Shown here: positions 43,261 to 57,022 of the stretch, piece by piece | Numbering within the stretch: position 1 is the stretch's first letter | How the letters are laid out: each line of letters starts with the position of its first letter | Assembly (NCBI GenBank): GCA_964016885.1 | Contig: OZ024743.1 | Location: 324,384,001-324,448,000, forward strand | Length of the DNA: 64,000 nucleotides | Direction of reading: 5' to 3' | Source of the DNA: Eledone cirrhosa | Lineage: Eukaryota | Translations under genes and position numbers: made by a program | Notes under the pieces: model-generated | What the model was told of the DNA's origin: nothing | The model's input: only the letters and a program-made list of their open reading frames with translations | The model's database searches: none

Positions 43261-44294
43261 ATAACGGAATACTCCTATGTTTTACCGGCGAAGATTCGAA
43301 ACCGAATCTCGCCCTTGGGACAATCTATCATTGGAAGTACTCACCATTTTCCTGTCAAGACAACGATGATTAATGTACATTCCATTTGACCTGTGACCCC
43401 AACCTCTTGGGAGATGATAACCACAGGGCTGGCCATAAATCAACCTCATATTTTCATCCTTCTAACTTTAGCACTTATTATAAATACAAGGAGTTAAGGA
43501 ACACGAAGCAGCAGTCAACGAAATAACGATGTAGCATCAGTAGACCTTTCACTCTATCTTTCTCCTGGCCCTTACTGGCTTACCTCCTCGGCCACCGAAA
43601 CAGCCAGACAGCCAGCCATGCCTGCCTGACAGATTGACCACTACTACTATGAGAATAAGATATTCTAAGAATAGGCACACACACGCATAGTAAGTTCATA
43701 TTGTTATATCATACTCTCATCCTATTCTTCCCGCCATATTGTATCTGCAAGACACAATACAACTTATATACTATATCGTCTTCTCTGATACATGGCTTCA
43801 CGTTGGCTTGTAGAGCTAACAATTTAATGTACGATATATTCATGTCATAAATAATATTACTCAATGTTCAAATCGAATATTGTTATTATAAAATAAACAT
43901 TGTTAACAACTCAATCATGGCATTATTCTTTTCATCAAAACTACCACACAAAGAATATAACTTATCCGTTACAGATCCTTGTGTTATGAGGCCAATTGTC
44001 GTATTTGGTGGTGAATTGATGGTTGTTTTTGTTTGTTCGTTTTTCTTTCATTTTTCTTTTTCTCTCTCTTTGATCATATTTGTGAGGTTCCTAGCAATAA
44101 TTAATTGTATTTATTCTGTGTTTATATTATCATTCTGTAAGAATTATAAACAATTTGTAATGTTATTTATACAGCTGGGAATAATAAAAATATCTTAAAC
44201 CTATAAGGATTTTCAATATGAAGATATAAATTTTAAAACAAAATAAATGTATGTATATCTATCGCCTGACTTTCATCATTGTTCGAGAAACATA

Positions 44295-44443
44295 CCGTAT
44301 TTCCTGGCGTCGACGACGCCCTTAATTTTGACAACCAAAAATAAAAAAAAAGTGATAAACAACCTTCGGCCTCCAGGACTCATGGTAGATTTTTGAGACT
44401 TATTTTAGGAAAAAAGTAGCGTCTTCGACTCCGGGAAATACGG
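44295..44443. mobile_element. Tc1/mariner-type MITE
   Basis: 25-bp TIR ccgtatttcctggcgtcgacgacgc / gcgtcttcgactccgggaaatacgg with TA on both sides. Confidence 0.85.
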
Positions 44444-44500
44444 TAAGTACAATGAATGAGTTAATTCCATCCATAACTTTTGTTTTTATTATCTTTATTA

Positions 44501-44632
44501 GGTTCAAATCCCGCCGAGGTTAGCTTTGCCTTTCATGTTTAAGGAGTCGATAAAATAAAGCACCAGTAATGCACTGGGGTCGATTTAATCGACTTTCTCC
44601 TCCCCTTTAAATTGCTGGTCTTGTGCCAAATG
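44501..44632 (+). mobile_element. SINE family A, truncated
   Basis: B box plus core. Confidence 0.8.
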
Positions 44633-44729
44633 TGTATGTTAACATGAATGGACCTGTTATTTTTATCTAAAGACATTTTTTCCAATTCCATCCCGCCCGT
44701 CCCCTCAATCTATCTTATTTCTCATTCTT

Positions 44730-44765
44730 TCTTCTGATGAAGGACTAGCGTCCGAAACGTTAAGA
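44730..44765 (+). ncRNA. Minimal type I hammerhead ribozyme
   Basis: tctt CTGATGA a ggac tagc gtcc GAAA c GTT aaga. Stem I is tctt/aaga and stem III is the palindrome aacgtt. Confidence 0.75.
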
Positions 44766-44846
44766 CCCTCTTCCTGCTATATCAAGTGTTAACCTAATAT
44801 ATCCCTTCCATATACTGTACCGATTGTGTTGTTATTTCTGTTTACC

Positions 44847-44986
<140 letters not shown>

Positions 44987-45329
44987 GTATTAATATATAT
45001 ATATATATGTATATAAATATATCGATTTCGACGTATGAGGATCCGAATAACTTATTCAGTTCATTCAATTTGGATGTTTATATTTTAGACCTGCCAAGGA
45101 TTTGCAAACAAGTCGATATATTGTGCAAACGTAAGGTTTACTGGATAATATTGTTGGTATGTTTAATAATGCCTCCCTCCTCTTGCTTCTTGTACCCTAT
45201 AGATACAACTGGACTTGAAGTTCCTGATCCCATTATGACACAAAGATCGCCAGTTCTTCTGCTGCAACGCCACTTGCTCAAATGTGTCATAAAATATATT
45301 GGTTGCTGACAGATTACTCTTTGACAGGT

Positions 45330-46332
45330 TTCGGTCAGTATTGGCCCAGAACATGTCTAACGTAATAACACCACATGGCCAATTTTTTCAAATCAGGATT
45401 TCGACACTCAAGGATTGCCCCACTCAAGTAGAGAGTCATTGTTTTCGGAGATATATCCGGGTGTAGGGAGTTTATTCAGAATTTCTTGGAGGAATTTGTA
45501 CAAAGACATTTTGAATTTTATGGGATTTGTTACTGTTTGTATATGTTTTGGAGTAATGTTAAAGAGAGCGGGACCAGTTGAGGTGAAATAATTGTGCCGT
45601 AATATTGATGCGAGATGCGACTCTGATTTTTGATGTGGCGAATAGCAGGGCGTCCAAGGTTTAGGTGTATTTTAAAGATGATGCCAATATCATTTGGGCA
45701 ATGCTGGTGGAATATTTTCCACACTTTGCAGATAATGTAGCGCTCACAACGGCGTTGGAGAGAATGAAGTTTGAGCTTTTCTAGTCGACCCCAATAGACA
45801 AGGCCTGTCATGCTGTCTATGGTTTTGGTGATTGACCTTTGAGGTGTTCAATTTTCATAATACTATATTTCGTGTTGTCCACACTAGACAACAATATTCC
45901 AAGTGGAGCCGGGCAAAAGTAGAAAAGAGAAAGATTATGGTGTGGAAATCTTTTGACTAGAAAGTTCTGAGAATCCAGGAACACGTCCTGTGCACCATGC
46001 CAACTTTGTTGTTTATATGAGTAGCCCAGCTTACCTTGTTATCAACAGTTACTCCAAGGTCTCTGGTGTTGTTGGATGCCATCAGAGTTTCACCCGAAGG
46101 AAGGGAATATGGGAGTTTCAGTGCATCCTCTTTTCTAAAGTGGATTAGCTCAAATTTATCCTCATTCAGTAGCATATTGGTTTTTCTGCCCATTGGATAA
46201 CAGCTAGTAGATCCGATTGAAGGCATGTCCGGTCTCCCACACCATTGATTACCTTCTGGAGCTTGGAATCATCTGCGAATATTCTTATGTTGCTGTGCTT
46301 GATCACATCAATAATATCATTGATATAAATAA
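45330..46332 (-). mobile_element. Decayed CR1/L2-like LINE 3' half
   Basis: IYINDI...IFADDSKL, RDLGVTVDNKVSW and RLEKLKLHSLQRR motifs. Confidence 0.85.
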
Positions 46333-46364
46333 TTGTTTCTATCATTGATATAAATAATGGTTTC

Positions 46365-46545
46365 TGATTCAGGTACAAAGCTAACAATTTTGGGGAGGGG
46401 AAAGTCGATTAAATCGACCGCAGTGCATTACTGGTAGTTTATTTTATCGACTCCGTAAGGATGAAAAGCAAAGCTAACCCCGGCGGGATTTGAACTTATA
46501 ATGTAAAGGACCAAAACTCTATGCCGCTAAGCATATTGTCCAACT
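46365..46545 (-). mobile_element. SINE family A
   Basis: Core match. Confidence 0.8.
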
Positions 46546-47072
46546 GAGCGTTTTGCACTTGTTAGCTGACCAAACAACAGCTGCTTTAGCAGTTGACCAG
46601 CCCATCTCAGGTTTGTTTTGATTAAGATTGCCTCCATACCTGTGGTACTGCAGTGTTTAAGGAGCTAAGTGTTTCTGATCTTGTCGGACCATTTGATGTC
46701 ACTCGTAAGCATCGCATGTGAAATGAATCTAATTGTCATGTATATGAAATACGTGGCCCATGCCTCAGCACCATAGAGAAGTGTGGTGAGTACAACAGCG
46801 TTATAAACTTCAAACTTCACCTTCAAAGACACATCACTACAACCCCAAATGCAGACCTGGTCTTTGAAGTTCGGTTCTTTACTTCCTTGTCCATTTTTGT
46901 ATCACTAGTTATGACTGAGCCAAAACAGGTGAAACTATCTTAAGCTGTGTGCCACCCATAAAAACTGTTCATAGAGCAGATGGCTGTTGCTTCGGGGATT
47001 GGCTGATAAAGGAGGTTATTTTTTTTATGGCGATTGTAAGTCCGAACGCTTTACATGCATCTGGAAAAGCAT
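46545..47072 (-). mobile_element. Decayed RTE LINE fragment
   Basis: AFGLTIAIKK and FYNAVVLTTLLYGAEAWATY on the minus strand. Confidence 0.7.
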
Positions 47073-47089
47073 ATAAAAGCACACACACA

Positions 47090-47182
<93 letters not shown>

Positions 47183-47646
47183 GTATATACATATACCCAA
47201 AAATTATACAATGTATAGCTTATACTTGTCACAGTACCGAGTGTGTAAACCTCGCCAATGACGGATAACAATCCAGAAACGCGTGTTTGACGTTGTCACA
47301 CGGCTAGTGTGTGAGTGACGATTGTGTAGCTGATAATGCAAATTTATTAATTTTCTTAGCGTGGTCAGAGGAAGAAGTTGTCAATTTACCAAACTACAAG
47401 TTGAAATTATTTTATTTGAGAGAATGAGGCTCATAACTGTGGAAAGGAAGCATGCATTGCAGAACGTACATTGTATATGTATATACCCAACTCTGTGGCA
47501 TCTAGGCAAGTGTTATTTTATCGTAATCTGTGTTTGACTTCAGCCATGTGAGTGAAACTTGGGTGACAGAACTGTGTGTAAGCCACTGGGACGCTCACCA
47601 TGTGTGTGTATGTGTATATGTATGTGTATGTGCGTGCGTATGTGTA

Positions 47647-47704
<58 letters not shown>

Positions 47705-47831
47705 TGTGTGTGTGTGTGAGTGTGTGTGAGAGCGAGTCTGATGAGAATTTAAACGCGTTTTTCCTTTCTTCATTTTTCTCTGTCTATTTTGTTTGTTACT
47801 CTCGTCCGTCATCTTTTCCCTAAACACACAC

Positions 47832-47978
<147 letters not shown>

Positions 47979-48120
47979 CTAACTGAGTAGCCCGTTGTTG
48001 CCGAGCAATAATGACAATAGTATGCCTTTATTTCAAATTTTTTAAAATTCCATGTCCACTACTACTACTACTACCACCACCACCACCACCACTACTATTA
48101 CTACTACCACTACCACCACC

Positions 48121-48196
<76 letters not shown>

Positions 48197-49460
48197 TCAC
48201 TACAACTGATTATTACATGCACACATATATGGTTATAAGTATGTATGGGTGTGTGTGGGTGTGTGTGTGCGTGTGCATGTGTATACATTTATATGTATGA
48301 GTAACACAGGTGTAGCGAACGCTGTTCTCTGTTTTCTATAGTTTGTCACAGACCCCTTCCTTCCACACTCATCACATAGATGTGTATGTAAACATGATTT
48401 TGTATAATGTATCTGTTTATGTATATGTATGTGTTTATATTTATATACTCATACATATCACATAGATGAGTTACTTCCCTTTGCGTGACGGACAAATACA
48501 CATTGGTTTACTGGGATAATTGCTGGCCTTGTGCCACAAGTAGAAACAATTAGTTAGTGGATTCTGTATTGGTGATCTTGAAGTTGATTTATATGTCATA
48601 ACAATTACATTTTTTGATAACTAACAACCCTAAAACATTCTCGTTGGGACACAGATTTCGAAAAATGTAATCTGTTTTTATATAGGATGCGCCGTTTCGG
48701 GCTCTTTGAGAGACATACACATTTACAGACATACACTCTCATTTATAGTATAGATATATAAACTTAAGAAAAATAAAGAGAGGACATGACAACGAACGAA
48801 AAGTATTTTTTAAAGGGGAGACCTTTAAAAATTATTTAAGAAAAATAAAAAATAGAAGTGAAGGACAAAGAACTCCAGGGTCATCGGCCGTTGAGGTGGC
48901 CTTTGACAGTTTCAACCCCTACCAACGGTGCTGCTGGCTCACCCGAGGTCATTGCGTCTGACACAAGCCAAACGCTGTCCAGTGGAGTAAGAATCGAGAG
49001 ACACAATATTAACTTAGAGCAATTAAGCTACAAGTACACACACACACATATATAATATATATAGCATTAGTCCCGTAACTCCTGATAAAGTCGTAGGGGC
49101 ACCATATTTATATACGACGTTTCTTGGGCATTTTAAGCCTGGCGGAGCCAATCCCTCTCCAGGACTGAATACAGCAGATTTCTTCGAGAGAGGGGAAGAA
49201 TCCACCCCAGTACTAGACTGATATCTTTCTTTATTATCGACTATGAAGAGATGAAAGGCAAAGTTCACTTCGGCGGGATTTTAACTGAGAGAGCAGAGAG
49301 CCGCAACAAATACCATAAAGCATTCTATCCGACGTTCTACGACTCTGCCAAATCGCCGCCTATATATATATGTAGTTGAACAAATAAAACAAAACAAACA
49401 GTGGGATGCAAAAATATAAAGTGTTATTATGTTTACGCTTAGAGCAAGTGGAGAAGGGTT

Positions 49461-49490
49461 CTACGTTTCGGACGGAAGCCCTTCGTCAGT
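49461..49490 (-). ncRNA. Minimal hammerhead motif
   Basis: CTGACGA a gggc ttcc gtcc GAAA c GTA. Stem I is degenerate. Confidence 0.55.
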
Positions 49491-49799
49491 AATGTGCGGG
49501 GGAGAGAAAGTTGTCACATGAAAGTTAGGAAAAGAGTATTAAGAAAAGATTGTCAAGTTGAGGCTGGTAGGCGAGAGGTGTGTAATCCTCGTCTGTGTTT
49601 ACGTCTACAACATAGCAACTGTCTCATAACTTAGCCCTTCCATAAATAGAGATAAATAAGGTAAGTACTAGACTGAGATACGTACTAGGGTCGATATGAT
49701 TGAAGGCAGTACCCCTAGCATGGCTGCAGTCCAATGACTGAAACCAATAAGAAAATATATAAGAATATAACACATCTATCTATAGATAGATAGATACAA

Positions 49800-49849
<50 letters not shown>

Positions 49850-50319
49850 GGAGTACATTTCAGACTATGCTATGTAATTGCATTAAAATTTATTTATACA
49901 TACATGTATATTTATACATACATGTATATAATTTATCTATCTGTCTATCTTAAAGAAAGATATCTATCTATCTAACGATCGACCTATCTATCTGTCTGTC
50001 TGTCTGCCTGTCTGTTTATCTATCGATACACACACACACATATCAAACACCTAGATATAAGTAGTTGTTTACATACATACATGCATACATACATATATAT
50101 ATATACACATATACATCTATGTATGCATAAATACATACATATATACATACATACATACCCACATACATATATACATACATACATACATACATACACACAT
50201 ATATACATACATACATACATGTAATAACTCATATACCCATCTATAAATACAAAACATATACACGTGTACACATGTAACTCAAAACATAGATCCACATATA
50301 CAATAGCATCCATACCTGC

Positions 50320-50372
50320 ACACACACACACACAGACACACACACAGACACAGACACACACACATGCAAGCA

Positions 50373-50457
<85 letters not shown>

Positions 50458-50524
50458 ACACACACACACACAGACACAGACACACAGACACACACACACA
50501 CACAGACACACACACATGCAAGCA

Positions 50525-50573
<49 letters not shown>

Positions 50574-50642
50574 ACACAGACACACACACAGACACACAGA
50601 CACACACACACACACAGACACAGACACACACACATGCAAGCA

Positions 50643-50701
<59 letters not shown>

Positions 50702-50808
50702 ACAGACACACACAGACACACACAGACACACACACACACACACACACAGACACACAGACACACAGACACAGACACACACACAGACACAGACACACACACA
50801 TGCAAGCA

Positions 50809-50857
<49 letters not shown>

Positions 50858-50970
50858 ACACACACACACATGCAAGCAGACACACACAGACACACACAGA
50901 CACACACAGACACACACACACACAGACACACAGACACACACACACACACACATGCAAGCAGACACACATG
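50320..50970. repeat. Compound (CA)n/(CAGA) microsatellite punctuated by tgcaagcag
   Basis: Seen directly. Confidence 0.95.
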
Positions 50971-51072
50971 TTTACATAGTTGATATTGTCTAAATTCCAA
51001 TGAAAGATTCTTGTGTCTATGTTAGAGACTGACTCACTCTCTATTGGTGGACATTTATAAAATAATTGTTTA

Positions 51073-51200
51073 TAATTGTTTCTACGTTAGACACAAGGCC
51101 AGCAAATACCCAGTGTATTACTGGTACTTTATTTTATCGACCCCATAAGGATGAAAGGCAAAGTTAACCTCGGCGGCATTTGAACTTAGAATGAAACCAG
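51073..51200 (-). mobile_element. SINE family A, truncated
   Basis: Core match. Confidence 0.8.
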
Positions 51201-51535
51201 AACATACATACATGCATACATACATGCATACATACATGCATACATACATGCATACATACATGCATACATACATGCATACATACATGCATATTCATATACA
51301 CACATACATACACATATATACATACATTATATATATATACATTATATATATATATACTGCATAGATGTGTGTATTTATGTATTCATAGATGTGTTTGTAT
51401 ATATATACATATATATATATGTATATATATACATATACTATATATATATATATATATATATACATATATATATACATATATATATATATATATGCATATA
51501 TATATATATATATACATATACTATACATATATATA

Positions 51536-51603
<68 letters not shown>

Positions 51604-51649
51604 TATGTATATATATATATAGTATATGTATATATATATATAGTATATG

Positions 51650-51680
<31 letters not shown>

Positions 51681-51681
51681 G

Positions 51682-51731
<50 letters not shown>

Positions 51732-51780
51732 TACATATATATATATATGTATATATATACATATATATATATGTATATAT

Positions 51781-51812
<32 letters not shown>

Positions 51813-51815
<3 letters not shown>

Positions 51816-51983
51816 GAAGTGGTTACACAACAGTTAGTTCACCATGTCCATTACGAGCTGAGGATCCGCTAAGGTGAAACAATTGTTCTCGGTATGGTGA
51901 ACTAACTGTTGTGTAACCACTTCTACCTAATTCGCCCCATGGACTCTACCACTACGGATATTACCTTCCACTGTTCCACCACT
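51813..51983 (+). mobile_element. Fold-back HHR element, family B, second copy in (TA)n
   Basis: Homologous to 29200-29340, with a ~33-bp inverted 5' arm. HHR cgag CTGAGGA..GAAA caattg TT ctcg at 51854-51891. Confidence 0.8.
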
Positions 51984-52012
51984 ATATATATATATGAATA
52001 TATATATATACA

Positions 52013-52166
<154 letters not shown>

Positions 52167-52299
52167 TATATATATATATACTGTATATATATATATATGT
52201 ATATATAGATAGATAGATATACTATATATATATATACAATATATTTGTATATATATATACAATATATTTTTAGATATATTTGTATATATATATATATTA

Positions 52300-52334
<35 letters not shown>

Positions 52335-52428
52335 TTATCTATCTATCTCTCTCTATATATATATTTATATATATATATATATATATATACAGTATATATA
52401 TAGACAGTATATATATATATACATACAT

Positions 52429-52471
<43 letters not shown>

Positions 52472-53045
52472 ACAGTAAATCCACTCTGGTAAAAATTATA
52501 TAAATAATATTTACTAAATCTCTTACCTCACATCCATTAAAGATCCGGTGTTTGTTTCTCTCTCTCTCTTGCCACCTCTCTCTCCCTCTCGTTCTCTCAC
52601 TCATACACACACGCTCTATATATCTCTCTTTCACACACGCCCTTTCTCTCTACCACATGTTTATCCAGAGGAAGTTTTCATTGCTTTCCATTCTTTCTCT
52701 GTCTCCTTTCTGGAAGTTGGTTAAGTTTGGTCATGGAATCAACTAGTAGTGGAAGACTTGTTGTCACAGAGAAATCGTAGTAACTGCTCATTTCTACAGT
52801 AGGTTTATGCCACCCTTCTCTCACATTACTACCTCTCTACCCTCTCTCCACCATTCTCTTTCACTCTCACTCTCTCCATCTTTCCCTCTCTTTCATACAC
52901 ACACACTCCCTCTTTCACTCACTTTTTCTTCATCACTTCCCTTTCTTTTATTCTCCCCCTCTACCTTACCCTCTTTCACACACATTCCCCGCTCTTTCTT
53001 TCACTCTCTCATTCAATGTATTTAAGTGACGTAGTTTAATATATT

Positions 53046-53119
<74 letters not shown>

Positions 53120-53122
<3 letters not shown>

Positions 53123-53314
53123 CGAAGGAAATGTGGTAAGGAACCAGATGGACCATAACGCACCAAAGTACTCAATACTTGGGGTAGTAGAGTGGGTAAT
53201 AGGAACAATTATGGCACCGACGGCAGAAGTCAAGCCGTTTCGACGGCTAATTCTTGACGCAATTAGCCGTCGAAACGGCTTGAGCTCTGCCGTCGGGGTC
53301 ATACTTGTTCCTAT
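53120..53314. mobile_element. Fold-back element, family C
   Basis: About 54-bp imperfect hairpin at 53199-53314, flanked by (TA)n. Confidence 0.8.
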
Positions 53315-53600
53315 ATATATATATATATATATATATGCAGATTGACTCCACCGAGAGTTGTCACTGCACTAAAGATTAAGGAATGCAGTTTAAAAATGTA
53401 TGCAAAAACTTCATTAGTGGTACGTTAGGTCGGCAGTAATATAGGATTTCTGGTGATTTACTGTCATAGAATGTGTTATCTCATGTAACAGATTGATGCA
53501 TGCAATAACTATGAAACGCGTTTGGTGTTAACCGATTCAATCTGTTGATAAAGGCGGTGCCCCAGCATGACCGCATATCAATGCCTGAAACCATTAAGAG

Positions 53601-53673
<73 letters not shown>

Positions 53674-53799
53674 TTTCAAAATGTCAAACTGAATACATAC
53701 GTGTTTTTCCTCAAAGACTTTTTCCCCATTCCTTCCTCTTTTCATATATACTTTGCTTTTGCATTTGTTTTGCAAGATTTCTTATCTGAAAACGTGTGT

Positions 53800-54500
53800 T
53801 GTCACTAGTTGGTTATTTGTTCTATCTGTGTGTGACTGGTTTGTTTTATTAGTTTAGTTCTTGTGTGTCTCTGCATGTCTTTAGTTACTATGTTGTGAGG
53901 TTGTTGTTATCCCACTCATGTTTTCTGTTTAGTTTTTTGTTGGAGTTCGTTTATATTTGACGCTTCTGTAACCTGTCGGAGCATTGCGTCTGTTCTGCGT
54001 GTGGATATGTTTTTCATCTCGATGTTCTCTAGTGTGCCCCATGTTCCATTCTGGCATGTTGGTGGAGTACTGATGAGTTTTTCCCATCTTAGAGTTCCCG
54101 CCAGTGTTCTTATATTCTTTCTCCTATAGGTTGTCTCACTAATGTAAGTCGTATTCCTACATTGTCCCTCCGTACATCTTATGCTATATACTACGTTCCT
54201 AATTTTATAGTTAATTTTTGGACTTAATCTGCAGACTATACATTTCCTATCAGTGCGGGAGGTTCTCTCAAAAGGGTACGTTCTACTAATCAGGGCTTTT
54301 ATAGGAAAACCTAGTTTTTCTACTATCTTAATATTTAATTTTAGTTTGTATAGAGCCCTTTTAAGTCTGTATGCTAGTTCGCTTCTGGGGGTTTCATTTG
54401 TTGCTGTCATACCATCAGTTAATTTTATTTGTTTCCTTCTTAGTTCTCTTTATTCTATTCCAACATTTGCTCCTATACATGGTGTAAGTCCCATTCTCAT
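53800..54500 (-). mobile_element. Decayed Penelope-like element (GIY-YIG region)
   Basis: IKIVEKLG...CIVC...RNVVYSIRC...YISET...RQVTEA. Confidence 0.75.
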
Positions 54501-55650
54501 AATTTTCTACCATCTTCATCTATTTGGCCATGGCTCCTTTTTACACCCCGATGAAGCTTCTGCCAGGAATTGCAACCGACACATACTCACAGTAATGTAA
54601 CATGACTAAAGAAACAACAACATCAACGAGATACTGCTGTCATTACACGGCCTCGTGGTAGCCATTTACGTAAATTCAGAAACGAGTGAAGACTACAAGC
54701 AACTCAAAGCATAGCTCACATCGAGATTTAAGCCAAATTTCCCTATTTACGAAATTTAAGCCCAACTTAACTTCCACTGATAAGGCATTGTATGGCAGAA
54801 CGAGTCTGATATTAACTTGATGTCTGTGATCAATCTAGGGAGAGTTTTTTTGTGTTCGGATCTGGTGTATATATAGAGAGAGAGAATGAGTCTATTTATT
54901 GTAATGTCTAAAATATTTTAGTTTTCTTCCTGTTATATAAGTCCTTCATCAATACGCAACTCTAGCAAAACAAAATTACATAGATCTAGTTACTAAAGAA
55001 CACTTAGTATGAAGTTCTCAGGTTTTGGACATTGGATGTCCTCCAGTACTATGTTGATAAGATGAACAATAACTGATCCAGAGGATAACGCAGAACAAAA
55101 ATGAATTATTTTCTTCCAAGAAAATAAAGAATACACCCCCCACACACATATAACCAAAGAAAAAGATAGAATAAGGCATTAAATAAGATAAGAGCTTTAT
55201 CCTATCCTTTTAGATTAGATATTCTCTGTGTTTACGTCTATCTTTTTGGCCAGTAAGTTTCCTGTATACGAGCGATAAATGGCCGGCTTTGCCAAATTAA
55301 AAAAAAAAATTAAAAAAATCAGATCTGACTGATCAGCCAGTCTGCTAATATGCAAATCAGGCCGATCAGTCACTGTGTATTTTTGAAAATAGCATATATT
55401 TTCACTAGCTCTGACAGTTTGGCAGGTGAACAGTGAGCTGTACTGATGAAGGGTGATACCCAGAAACATTAGTGTCTGCAGTTCTGTTCGCATGCCAAAC
55501 ACAAGAGCAAGAATGAAGGGTCCATTCTACTGATATGGCTATAAAATTGAGGCTTGTTTGCATAATTGCAAACGAATCGAATGTTATTACTAATATTTGA
55601 AAAACTCAGATTACATTTATTGTATTCAGCAATGTAGAGCGAAATTTTCT

Positions 55651-55682
<32 letters not shown>

Positions 55683-55821
55683 ATATATTAACAAATCGAA
55701 ACTATATTTATAAAACCATATTTATTTCATTAAGTATTAAAACTCCTATTGCTAAATTATTCTTTAAAGCTCTAGATAAATGCTTCCCTAGAACACATAG
55801 GTACTAATCAATATTTGATAG

Positions 55822-56385
55822 ACATACTATAAAATTATCGTATTCAACCACCTGTTTAATAGAATTAATAATAGAAACTTAAAACCTAACCAGAATACCA
55901 TTAATAACCCCAGCAATATCCAACTGAATACTACGGCACATAGAAACTCAAATTTTGATAAATGTAACTGTAGAAATAAATCTAACTGTCCGTTAAATAA
56001 CAATTGTTTAGTTAAAAATATAGTATATAATTGTAATGTAAAATCTAATTTAAATTCATTTAATTATGTAGGCTCTACCTCCACAGATTTTAAGTCCCGT
56101 TTTAATAACCATAAATGCTCTTTTACGAATATAAATAAAAAATCTTCAACTTCTCTATCTAATTTACTATGGGACCTAAAATCAAAGAACACTAACTATT
56201 CTTTACTTTGGAATATTATCTCTAAAGCTCCTCCATTCAATGCTTCTTCTGAAAATTGTGCTCTTTGTATAGAAGAAATATTCTTTATATTAAAAAGTAA
56301 GAATTCTGTTAATTTAAGAAATAATCTTTTCAGTTCTTGCAAACATAGATTGAACTCAACGTTTAAATATATATATAAAATGTAA
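55822..56385 (+). pseudogene. Open GIY-YIG endonuclease domain of a Penelope-like element (no start codon, absent from ORF track)
   Basis: Manual translation KCNCRNKSNCPLNNNCLVKNIVY...YVGST...FKSRFNNHK...STSLS...W...CALCIEE...SCKHR*. Confidence 0.85.
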
Positions 56386-56725
56386 TACATAACTCATCTT
56401 TATTAAACCTATCGATAATTCGTTAGATTCCTTCACATGACTGCTTATAACTCTCTTAAAAAGATTTTCTCTTGAAAAACCTTTCTTGATAAACGTACTG
56501 AAAGATTTGAGGAAGGAGTTTTTTCTGAAAATTCCTATGATGGGTACAAAGAAATTATAATTCATAATTCATAATTCATATTTTATACTGTGTATTTTAT
56601 TTTATACTGTGTATTTTATTTTATACTGTGTATCTTATATCTTTTTAAAAACTATAATTCATTTTTAAATTATAATTTATATTTTATATTGTATATTTTG
56701 TATTTATGTATTTTTCAAATGCTTA

Positions 56726-56798
<73 letters not shown>

Positions 56799-56801
<3 letters not shown>

Positions 56802-56991
56802 CGAAGGAAAAGTGGTAAGGAACCAGGTGGACCATAACGCACCAAAGTACTCAATACTTGAGGTAGTAGAGTGGGTAATAGGAACCAGTAAGACCCCGAC
56901 AGCTGAGCTCAAGCCGTTTCGACGGCTAATTCTGGACCGGAATTAGCCGTCGAAACGGCTTGAGCTCAGCTGTCGGGGTCTTACTGGTTCC

Positions 56992-56994
<3 letters not shown>
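56799..56994. mobile_element. Fold-back element, family C (perfect 55-bp hairpin)
   Basis: Arms 56878-56932 and 56940-56994 are exact reverse complements, flanked by (TA)n. Confidence 0.85.

Positions 56995-57022
<28 letters not shown>

Noticed and set aside
48011-48300. Poly-Thr, poly-Ser or poly-Leu ORFs
   Set aside because: They are a (CTA)n/(CCA)n trinucleotide repeat.
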